From positions 1 to 35,486 of the forward strand of contig CAZIIZ010000001.1 of assembly GCA_964539225.1 (NCBI GenBank): a stretch of DNA of 35,486 nucleotides. The letters run 5' to 3'. This stretch comes from an uncultured Hyphomicrobiales bacterium. Its GTDB lineage: Bacteria > Bacteroidota > Ignavibacteria > Kapaibacteriales > UBA2268. The position numbers and the translations under genes were made by a program. The notes under the pieces are model-generated. The model had not been told where the DNA came from. It ran no database searches and saw only the letters and a list, made by a program, of their open reading frames with translations. Below, one piece after another: positions 1 through 9,900 of the stretch (position 1 is its first letter; every line of letters starts with the position of its first letter).

Positions 1-421
1 AGAAGTCGGCGGCAAATTCTCGGTCTGACGAACAGGAAGCGGATACAAGGCAGGCGTAAGTGGATGGGTTTGCGAAATAAAACGAAGCCCGATACTATCC
101 GAAACTTATGAATGTATATCCGAGAGATAGATGAGATGAAAGATAATAGAATTACCCAATGAGGTCTGATATTCCGTATGCCAAAGTTGTTTTTCAACTC
201 AAGTAGCTAATTTAAGTCCAAAATTATAAATTGTTATGGCAGGAAAAAGTGGTTTCCTTTCACCGAAACAGATGATACACTTTTACCGAAATTTGCAAAT
301 ACCTAATATATAATAATTACAAATGATACTTCTATAGACACGGATATTAATATTTTCAGTATTGATGTTTTGTTTATATGTTGATAAATAATAATCAATG
401 TGTATTGTTGCATTAATATAT

Positions 422-499
422 GTCGATATTTATCGACGAATAACGGCTGTTTATAGATTATCATTGATTATAATGAAATTACTTATTTATATTTGATTC
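422..499 (+). promoter_or_regulatory. Relic promoter region of the decayed PAS-LuxR paralog (upstream TTTATCGAC..GCTGTTTAT block, TTGA, TAtaTTTG -7-like box at 488-495)
   Basis: Ungapped alignment of 433-495 with the reverse complement of 4204-4266 (upstream of the intact PAS-LuxR gene) gives 51/63 identical bases by hand count. TAnnTTTG matches the Bacteroidota-type -7 element, with TTG about 21 nt upstream. Confidence 0.4.
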
Positions 500-533
500 T
501 AAAATTTATACTTAAAAGAATATAAAGGAAATA

Positions 534-800
534 ATGAACCTTGTTATTATTCAAAAGAATATATCTGAAATAATCGATTGATTATTTATGGATAAATATA
601 TTGAGAATATTGTATAATTTCAACGCATTTAGTATGATAGTTTCGAAAGTTAGTTGAGCAAAATTTTATATCAAATATGATTTAAGGAAAATTAGAAAAA
701 AATCTGATTAATCTATATACTATTGCAGAATGTACTGTTTGGCAAACGGCAAAACTAAAAAACAACACAAACCATATTAGTATTGAAAGTAGTATGATTG
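534..800 (+). pseudogene. Decayed 5' fragment of a PAS-LuxR regulator paralog (copy of the gene at 3278..4165)
   Basis: Translation from ATG 534 reads MNLVIIQKNISEIID*LFMDKYIENIV*FQRI*YDSFES*LSKILYQI*. It aligns position for position with MNHIIFQNNVSEIFNLLNKDNFIENATQLQTSQYDSFENLWSNILHKI of the intact gene. In-frame stops lie at 579, 615, 630, 651 and 678. An AAGGA RBS-like motif precedes the ATG, as in the intact gene. Homology becomes patchy after ~700, so the 3' limit is approximate. Confidence 0.7.
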
Positions 801-863
801 GAAAAATATATAATATGGTTTATAATAATTCAGTAATTAATATATTATCATTGGGGAGAACGT

Positions 864-2885
864 ATGAAAAGAATATTACCAATATGTCTGCTTGCGGCAT
901 TTATTATGACTCAAGTATCAAATGCTAAAATGCCTAAATTCTTATTGAATAAGGCCGAAATTGCTAAAGAAAATAGTTTGCAATCTGAGGGTAATTTGAA
1001 AAAACTTTATGGGGAGTATATAGATACCAAAGTTAGAAATTACGACGTGATTTCATATAGTTTAGATTTGGATTGGTATGAAGTGTTGAAAAATTCTGAT
1101 GTAAAATGGAATGGAACTAATACAATTACATTAAAATCCAAGGTTGTTAATTTAGACACAATAGAACTTGATGCCGGATTTCTTCAGATAGTATCTATTA
1201 AGTCATTGGGTATCGATCTTGATTTTCAGCACGACAAACAAAAAGCTCAACTAAAAATATCTCTTAAAAAGTCGATAAATATTGGAGAAAAGGTCGAATT
1301 AGAAATAAAATATAAACATTCCAATGTGTCTCCACAATTTGGTTTCTATTATTTTCAATCAAATGAGCTAGCGTTTACGATGTCTGAACCAAGGAATGCA
1401 CGAAATTGGATGCCTTGTAATGATATAACTTCAGATAGAGCTCTGAGTGAAATTAAAATTAAAGTTCCGAATGGATATTCTGCTGTTTCAAATGGAGTAA
1501 GACTCGATTCGTTATCCATCGCTGATACGAGTTATTTTCATTGGAAACATAAATTTCCGATGCCAACATATTTGATGGCAGTTGTTGCGTCGAAATTTAT
1601 TACATACTCAGATAAATATATTAAAAAAGATAGTTCGGAATTGTCTATTGATTATTATTTTGATTCATCTTTTATGGAATATTCTAATAATGGTAAAACT
1701 ATCCCAGCTTTTGATTTGCATACAAATATGATGGCATATTATAGTCAAATATTTTTTGAATATCCTTATGAGAAATATGGAATAGTTAGTATTGCTCCAA
1801 TAAATGGTGGTATGGAGAATAATACAATCACCACAGTTGGAAATAGTTGGATAACCGATTTAGAATTTAGTGGATTTGCTCATGAATTAGCTCATCATTG
1901 GATTGGAAATTATATTACTTGTGCCGATTGGCAAGATTTATGGATAAATGAAGGAGGAGCTACTTGGGCAGCATCTATGTGGATGGGGCATTATTATGGT
2001 AAAGATGTTTTCAATAATGAAATAAAAACTCATAAGTCAAAGTATTTTCAAGGTGGGGGTGCAACGTTACCTCCGATTTATAATTTGGATAATATGAATT
2101 TATTTAACGAAGCATTGACATATAAAAAATCTGGAATGGTATATCAAATGCTTTCTGCCGCTCTTGGTGAAGAACAGTTTATAAAAACTTTGCAAAAAAT
2201 ATTTACTACTTATCCATTAACGTCTATAACGACTCAACAATTTAGAGATATAGTAAAACAAGAGAACCCTAATTATCCGCTTTCTTGGGATACATTTTTT
2301 GAACAATGGTTGCTACAAAGAGGACATCCAGAATTAACATTGGATTTTGCCCCACCCACAAAAGTAAATGATAATTTTAAAGTAGAATTTAAAATCAATC
2401 AGACTCAACTTGGTAGCGATGTACCAAATATATTCGAGATGCCGCTATTTATTGAATATACTAAACCTAATGGCGATACCCTAACTAAAAAGTATTATAT
2501 GAGTCAAAGAGAACAATCATTTACAGATACTCTTGATTTTCAACCTACTCATTATTCTATCAACGAATATATGTTCTTAGGTAAAGTTAATAGTATTGCG
2601 AAAGTCGAAGAGGAACAATCAGGCAATATAGCAATTTTTCCAAGTATTGCTCAAGCCGGTGGGGAAATATATTGTTCGATAAAAAATACTGAAATATTGG
2701 GCAATGTTCGCTATGAAATCTATAATGAATTAGGCGAAGTAATGGTTGATGGTGAAATTGTAGTTGCTAACCCTGTTCAAAATGGTACTTTTAGCTTCAA
2801 ATTGCCGAATTTAAGTGCAGGATTATATATAGCAAGAATATGGTGCAATAATAACGTAGAATCATATAAATTAATAGTGAAATAA
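864..2885 (+). CDS. Secreted M1-family zinc aminopeptidase with T9SS C-terminal sorting domain
   Basis: 673-aa ORF with signal peptide MKRILPICLLAAFIMTQVSNA. Carries GGMENN (a GAMEN exopeptidase motif variant) and HELAH-x18-E (HELAHHW...WINEGG) zinc site. The last ~80 aa (..LPNLSAGLYIARIWCNNNVESYKLIVK) look like a Por/T9SS CTD. GGGGAG RBS lies before the ATG. Confidence 0.9.
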   Translation: MKRILPICLLAAFIMTQVSNAKMPKFLLNKAEIAKENSLQSEGNLKKLYGEYIDTKVRNYDVISYSLDLDWYEVLKNSDVKWNGTNTITLKSKVVNLDTIELDAGFLQIVSIKSLGIDLDFQHDKQKAQLKISLKKSINIGEKVELEIKYKHSNVSPQFGFYYFQSNELAFTMSEPRNARNWMPCNDITSDRALSEIKIKVPNGYSAVSNGVRLDSLSIADTSYFHWKHKFPMPTYLMAVVASKFITYSDKYIKKDSSELSIDYYFDSSFMEYSNNGKTIPAFDLHTNMMAYYSQIFFEYPYEKYGIVSIAPINGGMENNTITTVGNSWITDLEFSGFAHELAHHWIGNYITCADWQDLWINEGGATWAASMWMGHYYGKDVFNNEIKTHKSKYFQGGGATLPPIYNLDNMNLFNEALTYKKSGMVYQMLSAALGEEQFIKTLQKIFTTYPLTSITTQQFRDIVKQENPNYPLSWDTFFEQWLLQRGHPELTLDFAPPTKVNDNFKVEFKINQTQLGSDVPNIFEMPLFIEYTKPNGDTLTKKYYMSQREQSFTDTLDFQPTHYSINEYMFLGKVNSIAKVEEEQSGNIAIFPSIAQAGGEIYCSIKNTEILGNVRYEIYNELGEVMVDGEIVVANPVQNGTFSFKLPNLSAGLYIARIWCNNNVESYKLIVK

Positions 2886-3015
2886 TTAAATTTGTAGTTT
2901 AATATATAAATAATCACTACTGTCTGGTAAAATTCTAATTTCTTGTTTCTTAAGAAGATAGTTATTGTAAGTAGCTGAAATAAATACCAAGTAACTAATA
3001 TAGTAAAATTATAGT

Positions 3016-3072
3016 AATAAAGGCAGAAAAGACAATTTATAAATTAATATAATTGTCATTACTGTCTTTATT
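3016..3072. terminator. Candidate bidirectional terminator hairpin between the convergent M1 peptidase and PAS-LuxR genes
   Basis: Outer 11-bp stem AATAAAGGCAG / CTGTCTTTATT (one G-U pair) and inner 7-bp stem GACAATT / AATTGTC, with a 4x4 internal loop. T-rich flanks on both strands. Confidence 0.35.
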
Positions 3073-3277
3073 ATTTATTTATGCTGACCTTAAGTTAAAG
3101 ATGAATTGTTAATGCAATGTAGGTATTCCTAATCGGATTTGCATAAATATTTTTCAAAAATTGCAATAAAATCCGAGAATCTCTTTTGCAAATAATCTTG
3201 ATGGCTCAAGTTTGGCTTACGACCTATTGCCTTTAAGCAACGTATGTGCATCAATCGAGCTTTCTGGGAGTACTGTA

Positions 3278-4165
3278 TTAATTTAAAAATCCTGGAATTA
3301 TGCTAAATTTCCTTCTAATTTTATACTTATGGCTTTCTACAGTTCTAACGCTCAAATTTAAAAGTTCAGCAATGTTTTTATTGGAAAGTCGAGCTTGCGA
3401 TAATCGGAATACTCTTTTTTCGCTTTTTGATAATTCTGAAAATACTTGTTGAAACATTTCACACTCATTCAATAATTCATCGGAATTTAATATTGAAGTA
3501 GCGTCTATTAATAAATCTTTAACCAAATTCGGCGTTTGAAATTTATCAAACTGTGTATTTTGTAAGAAAGCGAGAACCGTATCTAAAATATGATTAGTAC
3601 AATATATTTTAGATTTTAAAAGATTAATATGTTTCAGTGAATTTTGCTCTATAAATTTCATCTCAATATTTTTTTGGTTCTCTTTTTCTCGGCGTTCATT
3701 AATATCAATCATCACACCAGAATAGAATAATTGTTGATTAATCTCGTTGATTACATAGTAAACTAAAACCCAATGCCAATTGCCAGACTTATTCAGAATT
3801 CTTGCTTCTATCGTAGCAAACATAGTACCGTTTTCAGTAATTATGAACTGGTTGCTCGGATTATTTGTAATTTTATTTAAGTCATCTTTATGAAGTAACT
3901 GTTTTAAATCGTAAGACTTACGATTTAAAACTTCTTCCATTGTATAACCGAGTAGTGTATAAATTGAATTGTTAACCCAGATACATTTATCGGAATTGAA
4001 AACAAACATCACAATAGGTATTTTGTGTAAAATATTGCTCCACAAATTTTCGAAACTATCATATTGGCTGGTTTGTAATTGTGTGGCATTCTCAATAAAA
4101 TTATCCTTATTTAGCAGATTAAATATTTCGGATACATTATTTTGAAAAATAATATGGTTCATCAT
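3278..4165 (-). CDS. PAS-domain LuxR-family transcriptional regulator (one-component, no receiver domain)
   Basis: 295-aa ORF. The N-terminal half is PAS-like (IVMFVFNSDKCIWVNNSIYTLLGYTMEEVLNRKSYDL...NWHWVLVYYV). The C-terminus is a LuxR/GerE HTH (LSKSEKRVFRLSQARLSNKNIAELLNLSVRTVESHKYKIRRKF). Confidence 0.85.
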   Translation of the reverse strand: MMNHIIFQNNVSEIFNLLNKDNFIENATQLQTSQYDSFENLWSNILHKIPIVMFVFNSDKCIWVNNSIYTLLGYTMEEVLNRKSYDLKQLLHKDDLNKITNNPSNQFIITENGTMFATIEARILNKSGNWHWVLVYYVINEINQQLFYSGVMIDINERREKENQKNIEMKFIEQNSLKHINLLKSKIYCTNHILDTVLAFLQNTQFDKFQTPNLVKDLLIDATSILNSDELLNECEMFQQVFSELSKSEKRVFRLSQARLSNKNIAELLNLSVRTVESHKYKIRRKFSIIPGFLN

Positions 4166-4203
4166 TCCCTTCTAATTTGTTAAAGCGTAAATATTAAAAA
4201 ATT

Positions 4204-4277
4204 CAAAATTAAACAAGTAATTGCATTAAAATCAATCATAATCTGTAAACAGCTGTATTAAGTCGATAAACGAAGAC
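4204..4277 (-). promoter_or_regulatory. Putative promoter and upstream operator of the PAS-LuxR gene (TAatTTTG -7-like box, TTGA, GCTGTTTAC and TTTATCGAC blocks)
   Basis: On the minus strand: TTTATCGAC-N8-GCTGTTTACAGATTATGATTGATTTTAATGCAATTACTTGTTTAATTTTG, ending ~45 nt before the ATG at 4165. The same architecture and spacing occur at 433-495 and 24353-24415. Confidence 0.4.
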
Positions 4278-4575
4278 AAATATTAACACAATAGGAAGAA
4301 ATAATTATATAGTAATAATAAATTAACAATGGTGTGTTAATGTTAATATTGTGTAAGTGATTTATCAGTAGTGAATAATATGTGGAAAACTAATAAATTT
4401 GTATATTATATGGAACGAATATGTAGAATTATATAATATAAATTGAAAATAACTAGTGGCATGTTGATGGAATATAACAAATTATAGATATTTATTATAC
4501 CAAATGATATTACAATGAATTATACAAATATTGCAAACAGGTATTAGATACGCTAATAAACATTGGAAACGGATA

Positions 4576-6084
4576 ATGAAGATAATTAATATTAGTCCAA
4601 TTAAAAATAAAACAATAAATTCTCCTCAATTGTGGTGGAATAATTGTAAAATAATCAATGAAAAAAATAATATTGAAAGTTTTATTAGAGGGAAAATATT
4701 ATTGTATTCATCGTTACAGTATTCAGTTAACATGAATAATTCTCGTAATACTGACAGGGTTGATAGTAGGTATAAATTTATAGCAGAACATACATCTGAT
4801 GGGATAGTGCTAATTAAAAATGATATTATTGAATTTGTATCTAATAGCTATTACAAAATTTTGGGATACCTTCCTTCAGCAATGATGGGTGAGCAGTTTA
4901 GTTCTTTACTTGAATTATTGCATCCGGAAGAACTTGATATAGTCCAACAATCGTTACGGAATGCTATTGACAATAGAATCTCGGAAATGAGATATGAAAC
5001 AAGATTAAAACATAATAATGGAAATTATATATGGATAGAGGATAATATTAGTTTCGAATATAATTTGAATGGTGGGTTAAAGTATATATTGATTGTAGCT
5101 AGGGAAATAGAAGAGAGAAAAGTAGCAGAAGCCGAAATAATAAATGCGAATAATGAGCTTAATCAGTTGGTTGATATTCGAACTCAAGAATTAGAAGTAG
5201 CTGTAGAAAAATTGGAAGAAAGAAATATTGAATTAGAATTATTAGTTAAGCAATTATCTATTGATTCTATTGAAATTAATAGACTTAATAATGAATTAAG
5301 AATATTGAATGGGAAATATATTGATATCAATAGGCATCTTGAACAGCAGGTACAACTAAAGACTAATGAATACTTGATAGCAATGGAAAAAGCTCAAGAG
5401 AGTGATAGACTTAAATCTTCATTTATAAATAATTTGAATCATGAGATTAGAACTCCGTTAAATGGAATATTAGGCAACGCAGAAATATTGGTCCATGACT
5501 TTTTAGATGTTGAGGACAAAAAAGAATTGCATTCAGCTTTGCGACTTTCCTGTGATAGATTATTATTAACTATAAACAACATGATTGAAATATCTAAACT
5601 AGAAGCAGGAATAGTTAAACCAAGATTCCGAATTTTTTATCCTTACATGATTATGGATAATTTGTATGATGTGTTTTCTAATGTTGCCCAAAAAAAAGGA
5701 TTGAACTTGATTTGTCAAGTGATAAAACAACAATCTGAAACCAAAATTCGAAGTGATGAACAAAGAATATTCCAAGTTATGAGTATATTTTTGAATAATG
5801 CGATTAAATATACCGAACTAGGACAGATTAGATATGGATACATTATACAAAATAAAGGAATTGAATTTTTTGTAGAAGATACAGGTATTGGTATTGCTCC
5901 AAAAGTAAAAAACAATATATTTGAAAAATTTTATCAGGAAGATTATGAATTGAGTAGAAAATATGAAGGTAGTGGCTTGGGATTATCAATCGCCAATGCC
6001 TGTATCAAGTTATTAGGAGGAATAATTAATGTGGAATCCGAAAAAGCGATTGGTTCAAGATTCTCATTTATTATACCTAAGTAG
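4576..6084 (+). CDS. Cytoplasmic PAS sensor histidine kinase (PAS, long coiled coil, HisKA, HATPase_c)
   Basis: PAS (YKFIAEHTSDGIVLI...NGNYIWIEDNISF), ~100-aa heptad-rich linker, H-box SSFINNLNHEIRTPLNGILG, N-box FLNNAIKYT, G-boxes EDTGIGI and GSGLGLSI. The start is uncertain: the ORF track begins at TTG 4531; in-frame ATGs lie at 4576 and 4732 (just before the PAS). Confidence 0.85.
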   Translation: MKIINISPIKNKTINSPQLWWNNCKIINEKNNIESFIRGKILLYSSLQYSVNMNNSRNTDRVDSRYKFIAEHTSDGIVLIKNDIIEFVSNSYYKILGYLPSAMMGEQFSSLLELLHPEELDIVQQSLRNAIDNRISEMRYETRLKHNNGNYIWIEDNISFEYNLNGGLKYILIVAREIEERKVAEAEIINANNELNQLVDIRTQELEVAVEKLEERNIELELLVKQLSIDSIEINRLNNELRILNGKYIDINRHLEQQVQLKTNEYLIAMEKAQESDRLKSSFINNLNHEIRTPLNGILGNAEILVHDFLDVEDKKELHSALRLSCDRLLLTINNMIEISKLEAGIVKPRFRIFYPYMIMDNLYDVFSNVAQKKGLNLICQVIKQQSETKIRSDEQRIFQVMSIFLNNAIKYTELGQIRYGYIIQNKGIEFFVEDTGIGIAPKVKNNIFEKFYQEDYELSRKYEGSGLGLSIANACIKLLGGIINVESEKAIGSRFSFIIPK

Positions 6085-6331
6085 CGTACTATTTCGATGA
6101 ATTATTTACCAATAATAAGAATAATTACTGAATGCAGTATTATTTCCTCCAATATACTTTGGAGTATTGTTTAAACATTGAACTTGTACATTGAAATAAT
6201 TATTAATGAAAATAGTATCTGTGAGCAGTAGCATCCGTAAATTATTTTGATAATAAAATAATAGAATAACTGGTATATATATAGTTATCCAAAGTTTGCA
6301 ATTATCAGATGCTTTAAAAACACGGATTAAA

Positions 6332-6413
6332 TTCCGGCATTCTCTTTATCCAATCCCATTCTTTAATGGTTGAATGGGATAGTCCTGTCCTTGATTAAGG
6401 AAGAATGCCGGAA
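6332..6413 (+). promoter_or_regulatory. Nested hairpin / long-spacer inverted repeat upstream of the YfiR-like gene and MCP
   Basis: Perfect 12-bp outer arms TTCCGGCATTCT (6332-6343) / AGAATGCCGGAA (6402-6413) enclose perfect 9-bp inner arms ATCCCATTC (6353-6361) / GAATGGGAT (6372-6380). No T-tract follows. The ATG at 6405 used by the ORF track lies inside the right arm. Confidence 0.4.
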
Positions 6414-6458
6414 GTTATATTGAAAATATTATTAACAATATTAATATGGAAAAATCAA

Positions 6459-6962
6459 ATGAAAAAAACGATTATAACTCTAGTGTTTGTATTAATTACA
6501 ATTTGTAATTATGATGGTTTTGCACAAAAAGAATCTTCTGCTAGCGTCGCTGCTGCTTTAACATTGAAATTGGTTGGATTTAATTCTAAGTTAAGTGGTG
6601 GAATAAAAATATATGTTGTAGGAAATGATGCTTTAGCTAACGAAATGAAAAAAGGAATTGGTAAACCCATAGGTAAGGCGACATTGGAATCTGTTGATGG
6701 TGGAAATGATATTCCATCAGGTAAATACCAAGTAATTGTTTGTGGTTCAACCGCAAAGGTGAGTGCCGTCAGTAAATATGCAAAATCTAACAAAATTCTT
6801 AGTATTACTAATATTCCGAGTTTGCTGTCAAAAGGGATTTCATTAGGGATTGGGGTTGGAGATGATAATAAACCCAAAATAATGCTAAATTTAACTCAAT
6901 CAAACGAAGAAGGTATTGATTGGAATCCTGCAATCATGAAAGTTGCTGAAACTACAAAATAA
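6459..6962 (+). CDS. YfiR/DUF4154-like periplasmic protein
   Basis: Start chosen at MKKTIITLVFVLITICNYDGFAQ (signal peptide) rather than the track start at 6405. The body follows the DUF4154 pattern as I recall it: IKIYVVGND...ILSITNIPSLLSKGISLGIGV...KPKIMLNLTQSNEEGIDWNPAIMKVA. The stop lies 32 nt before the MCP start. Confidence 0.55.
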   Translation: MKKTIITLVFVLITICNYDGFAQKESSASVAAALTLKLVGFNSKLSGGIKIYVVGNDALANEMKKGIGKPIGKATLESVDGGNDIPSGKYQVIVCGSTAKVSAVSKYAKSNKILSITNIPSLLSKGISLGIGVGDDNKPKIMLNLTQSNEEGIDWNPAIMKVAETTK

Positions 6963-6994
6963 CCGATTTAACTATTTTATGCGTGGATTAATAA

Positions 6995-9900
6995 ATGTCT
7001 ATTAAAACAAAAATATTATTATTATTAGCTGGAATTTCGTTATCTTTTTCATTAATAATAGCTATCTATTCTCCTAATCAATCTGAAAAATTGGCAAAAT
7101 CAATGTTGATTAAGGATGCCGAGTTTATTTCAAATTTATTGGCGGAAAATTTAGCACTAGGTATGCAGACAAAAGATTTTGATAGTGGTACTGCTTTAGA
7201 ACAAGCACTACAAATAATCAGAGGCGATTCTACTCAAAAAGATAAAATTGAAACTATTTACAATGTTCAAATATTTGACGCTAATCAGGAATTTGTCAAA
7301 TCATTGATTAAAAATCAAAATCCAAGTAAAATAAACAACAAATTCTCTAAACTGCTTTTTAGCGAAAATGATGAACACATTATTGCTTCTTTGCCAATGA
7401 AAGATCAAACTAAAAATACTTTAGGGTATCTACAAATTTATTTTTCTAAAAAACATTTAACCTCCGAAACGAACAAGTCGCAAATATTTATGCTTATTAT
7501 GGCATTAATTATTTTGCTTGTAAGTCTAGGAGTAGGTTATTATATAGTTAATTCTATTGTAAGTTCTATCAAACAAATTATCCAAGCTGCAGAAAGTGTG
7601 TCTTTAGGTGATTTGAATGCCGTAATTGATATTCATTCTAAAGATGAAACAAAACTATTGGGCAATTCACTTGCTAAAACGATTGCCACATTAAAAGAAT
7701 TAATTTCTGAGATTCAATTCATTAGTGAAGCTAATGCAAATGGTCATTTAGATAAGCGAGGCGATGCTTCGAAATTCCAAGGAGCATACTATGAAATAAT
7801 TGCCGGAATCAATGCGTCGATGAATTCAGTAATTTCTCCACTAAATGTTGCAGCTGAATATATCGACAGAATTGCTAAGGGCGACATTCCGCTGAAAATT
7901 GTAGATGAATATAAGGGCGATTTTAATGGCATTAAAAATAATATTAATCAATGTATTGATAGCCTAAACGGATTAATTAAGTCTATGTTATCCACTACTG
8001 AATTACAAAAAGCCGGCGACATAGACGCATTCTCTGATGAAATGAAGTTTACAGGAGTATATCGTGAATTAATTAATGGTTATAATGTCGGAATGCAAGT
8101 TCACATTAATGCACTAATGCATATACTTAATTTACTTAATGAATATGCTAATGGGGATTTAACCAATGAAATGTTTATCGCACCTGGTAAACAGATAATC
8201 GCTACAGAGATAATTAATAAACTACGGCAAAACATATTGGCTTTAAGTGAAGATGCTAGTATGCTTTCAAATTCAGCAATGAAGGGTAGATTAGATACGA
8301 GAGTTGATGCTGCAAAACATCAAGGAGTTTACGGAAAAATCATTGAAGGAATGAATACTACCCTAAGCAATGTTGTTGGGTTCTTTGAAGCAATTCCAAC
8401 GCCTATACAATTTATGGATAAAGATTTTAAAATACAGTATATCAATAACACCGGTAGTCAATTATTAGGACTTTCGAAAGAGCAACTTAAAACGAAAACC
8501 TGTGCGGAATTATGGAAAACAAAAAAATGTGCTACTAAGGAATGTCCATGTTATATATCTATGGATAAAAATCATACATTTACTTGCACAAATGAATGTA
8601 TGGTGGGCAATGATAACTTAGATATATTCTGTGCAGCCGCACCTTTACTCAACGAAGAAGGCAATGTAATAGGCTCATTTGAATTCGTTATGGATCAAAC
8701 TGAAATTTCGAAGGCTGCGAGAAACGCATCAATGATATCTGAATACCAATCTAAGCAAGCACAAAAACTTACTAAATCATTAGGACAATTATCAAAAGGT
8801 GATTTAAGTTTCGAATTGGAAATTGATGAACCTGATAATACTACTCAAGAAGTATTTGAAGTATTCTCAGGGATAGTTGATAGTATTAATCAATCGAAAG
8901 CAGCAATAATTGCATTAACTACCGATGCGAATATGCTTTCGGAAGCTACAGTTGAAGGAAGGTTAGATATTCGTGCTAATGTGAATAAGCATAACGGCGA
9001 TTATCGAAAAATAGTTGAAGGTGTAAATCATACACTCGATGCAGTAATTCGTCCATTGAATGTAGCGGCTGAATATATAGATAGAATTGCTAAAGGTGAT
9101 ATACCGCCTAAAATTATCGACCATTACAATGGTGATTTTAATGGAATTAAAAATAATTTAAATCAGTGTATAGATGCAATAGCACAATTAGTTGATGACG
9201 CATCGATGCTTTCAAATTATGCGATAGAGGGCAATTTGGATAATCGAGCTGACGAGCAAAAGCATAACGGAGACTTCAGGAAATTAGTTGCTGAAATGAA
9301 TCATTTAATGAACGCTATTGCCGAACCTATAGGAGAAACCTCCACAATATTAGCTGGAATGTCGGTCAATGATTTTGAAATTCGCTATCAATCTGAATAC
9401 AAAGGAGTTTGGCAAGAAATGCGAAAATCTACAGAATTAGCTCAAAGCCGTGTCAATAGCTTTATCAAAATTATTACCAATATTAGCAATGGAGACATTA
9501 GTGATTTAGAACCGTTAAAAACATCTGGTAAACGTAGTGAGAATGATAAATTAGTCCCGGCCGGAATTCGATTAATGGAAGCTATCCAAGGGGTAATTAA
9601 TGTAATGATTGCTAATATTAGTAAACAAAAAGCCGGCGATATCGAAGCATTTGCTGATGCTAGTAAATTTCCTGGAGAATACTCTAAACTTATAGCAGGC
9701 TATAACGAAGGTATGCAAATCCATATAAATACTATTCTCGAAATATTGAATTTGTTAGATGAATATGCCAATGGAGATTTGTCAAATAAATTACCAATAT
9801 TACCAGGCAAACAAATTATTGCAACTGAAAGAGTAAACAAGCTTCGTCAAAATGTCTTGAATTTAATCACAGACTCTAATATGCTTTCTACTGCCGCAGT

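Noticed and set aside
1-240. A minus-strand open frame running to the left edge, whose GIR....HW residues resemble the untranslated or N-terminal region of the PAS kinase (4531-4575). This would suggest that the kinase side of the divergent locus was duplicated too.
   Set aside because: The similarity is limited to about five residues and is not supported at the nucleotide level. The translation is otherwise not protein-like.
4531-4575. N-terminal extensions implied by the longest-ORF track starts: TTG 4531, ATG 6405, TTG 12009, TTG 19616, GTG 30370 and TTG 34013.
   Set aside because: Downstream starts give canonical signal peptides or domain boundaries, and several have better RBS spacing. 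ATG 6405 sits inside a 12-bp stem. True starts remain uncertain without experimental or comparative data, so alternatives are noted in the feature evidence.
5715-5915. Short antisense or alternate-frame ORFs from the six-frame track that lie wholly inside larger genes. These are 5715-5915, 6509-6877, 10157-10360, 10786-11022, 12960-13175, 17586-17795, 17770-17973, 18313-18582, 21557-21778, 22628-22840, 25060-25308, 25324-25554, 30625-30813, 33421-33609 and 34158-34361.
   Set aside because: Each is embedded in a longer ORF with strong family motifs. Their translations are low-complexity or hydrophobic nonsense typical of shadow frames in AT-rich DNA, and none has an RBS or recognisable motif.
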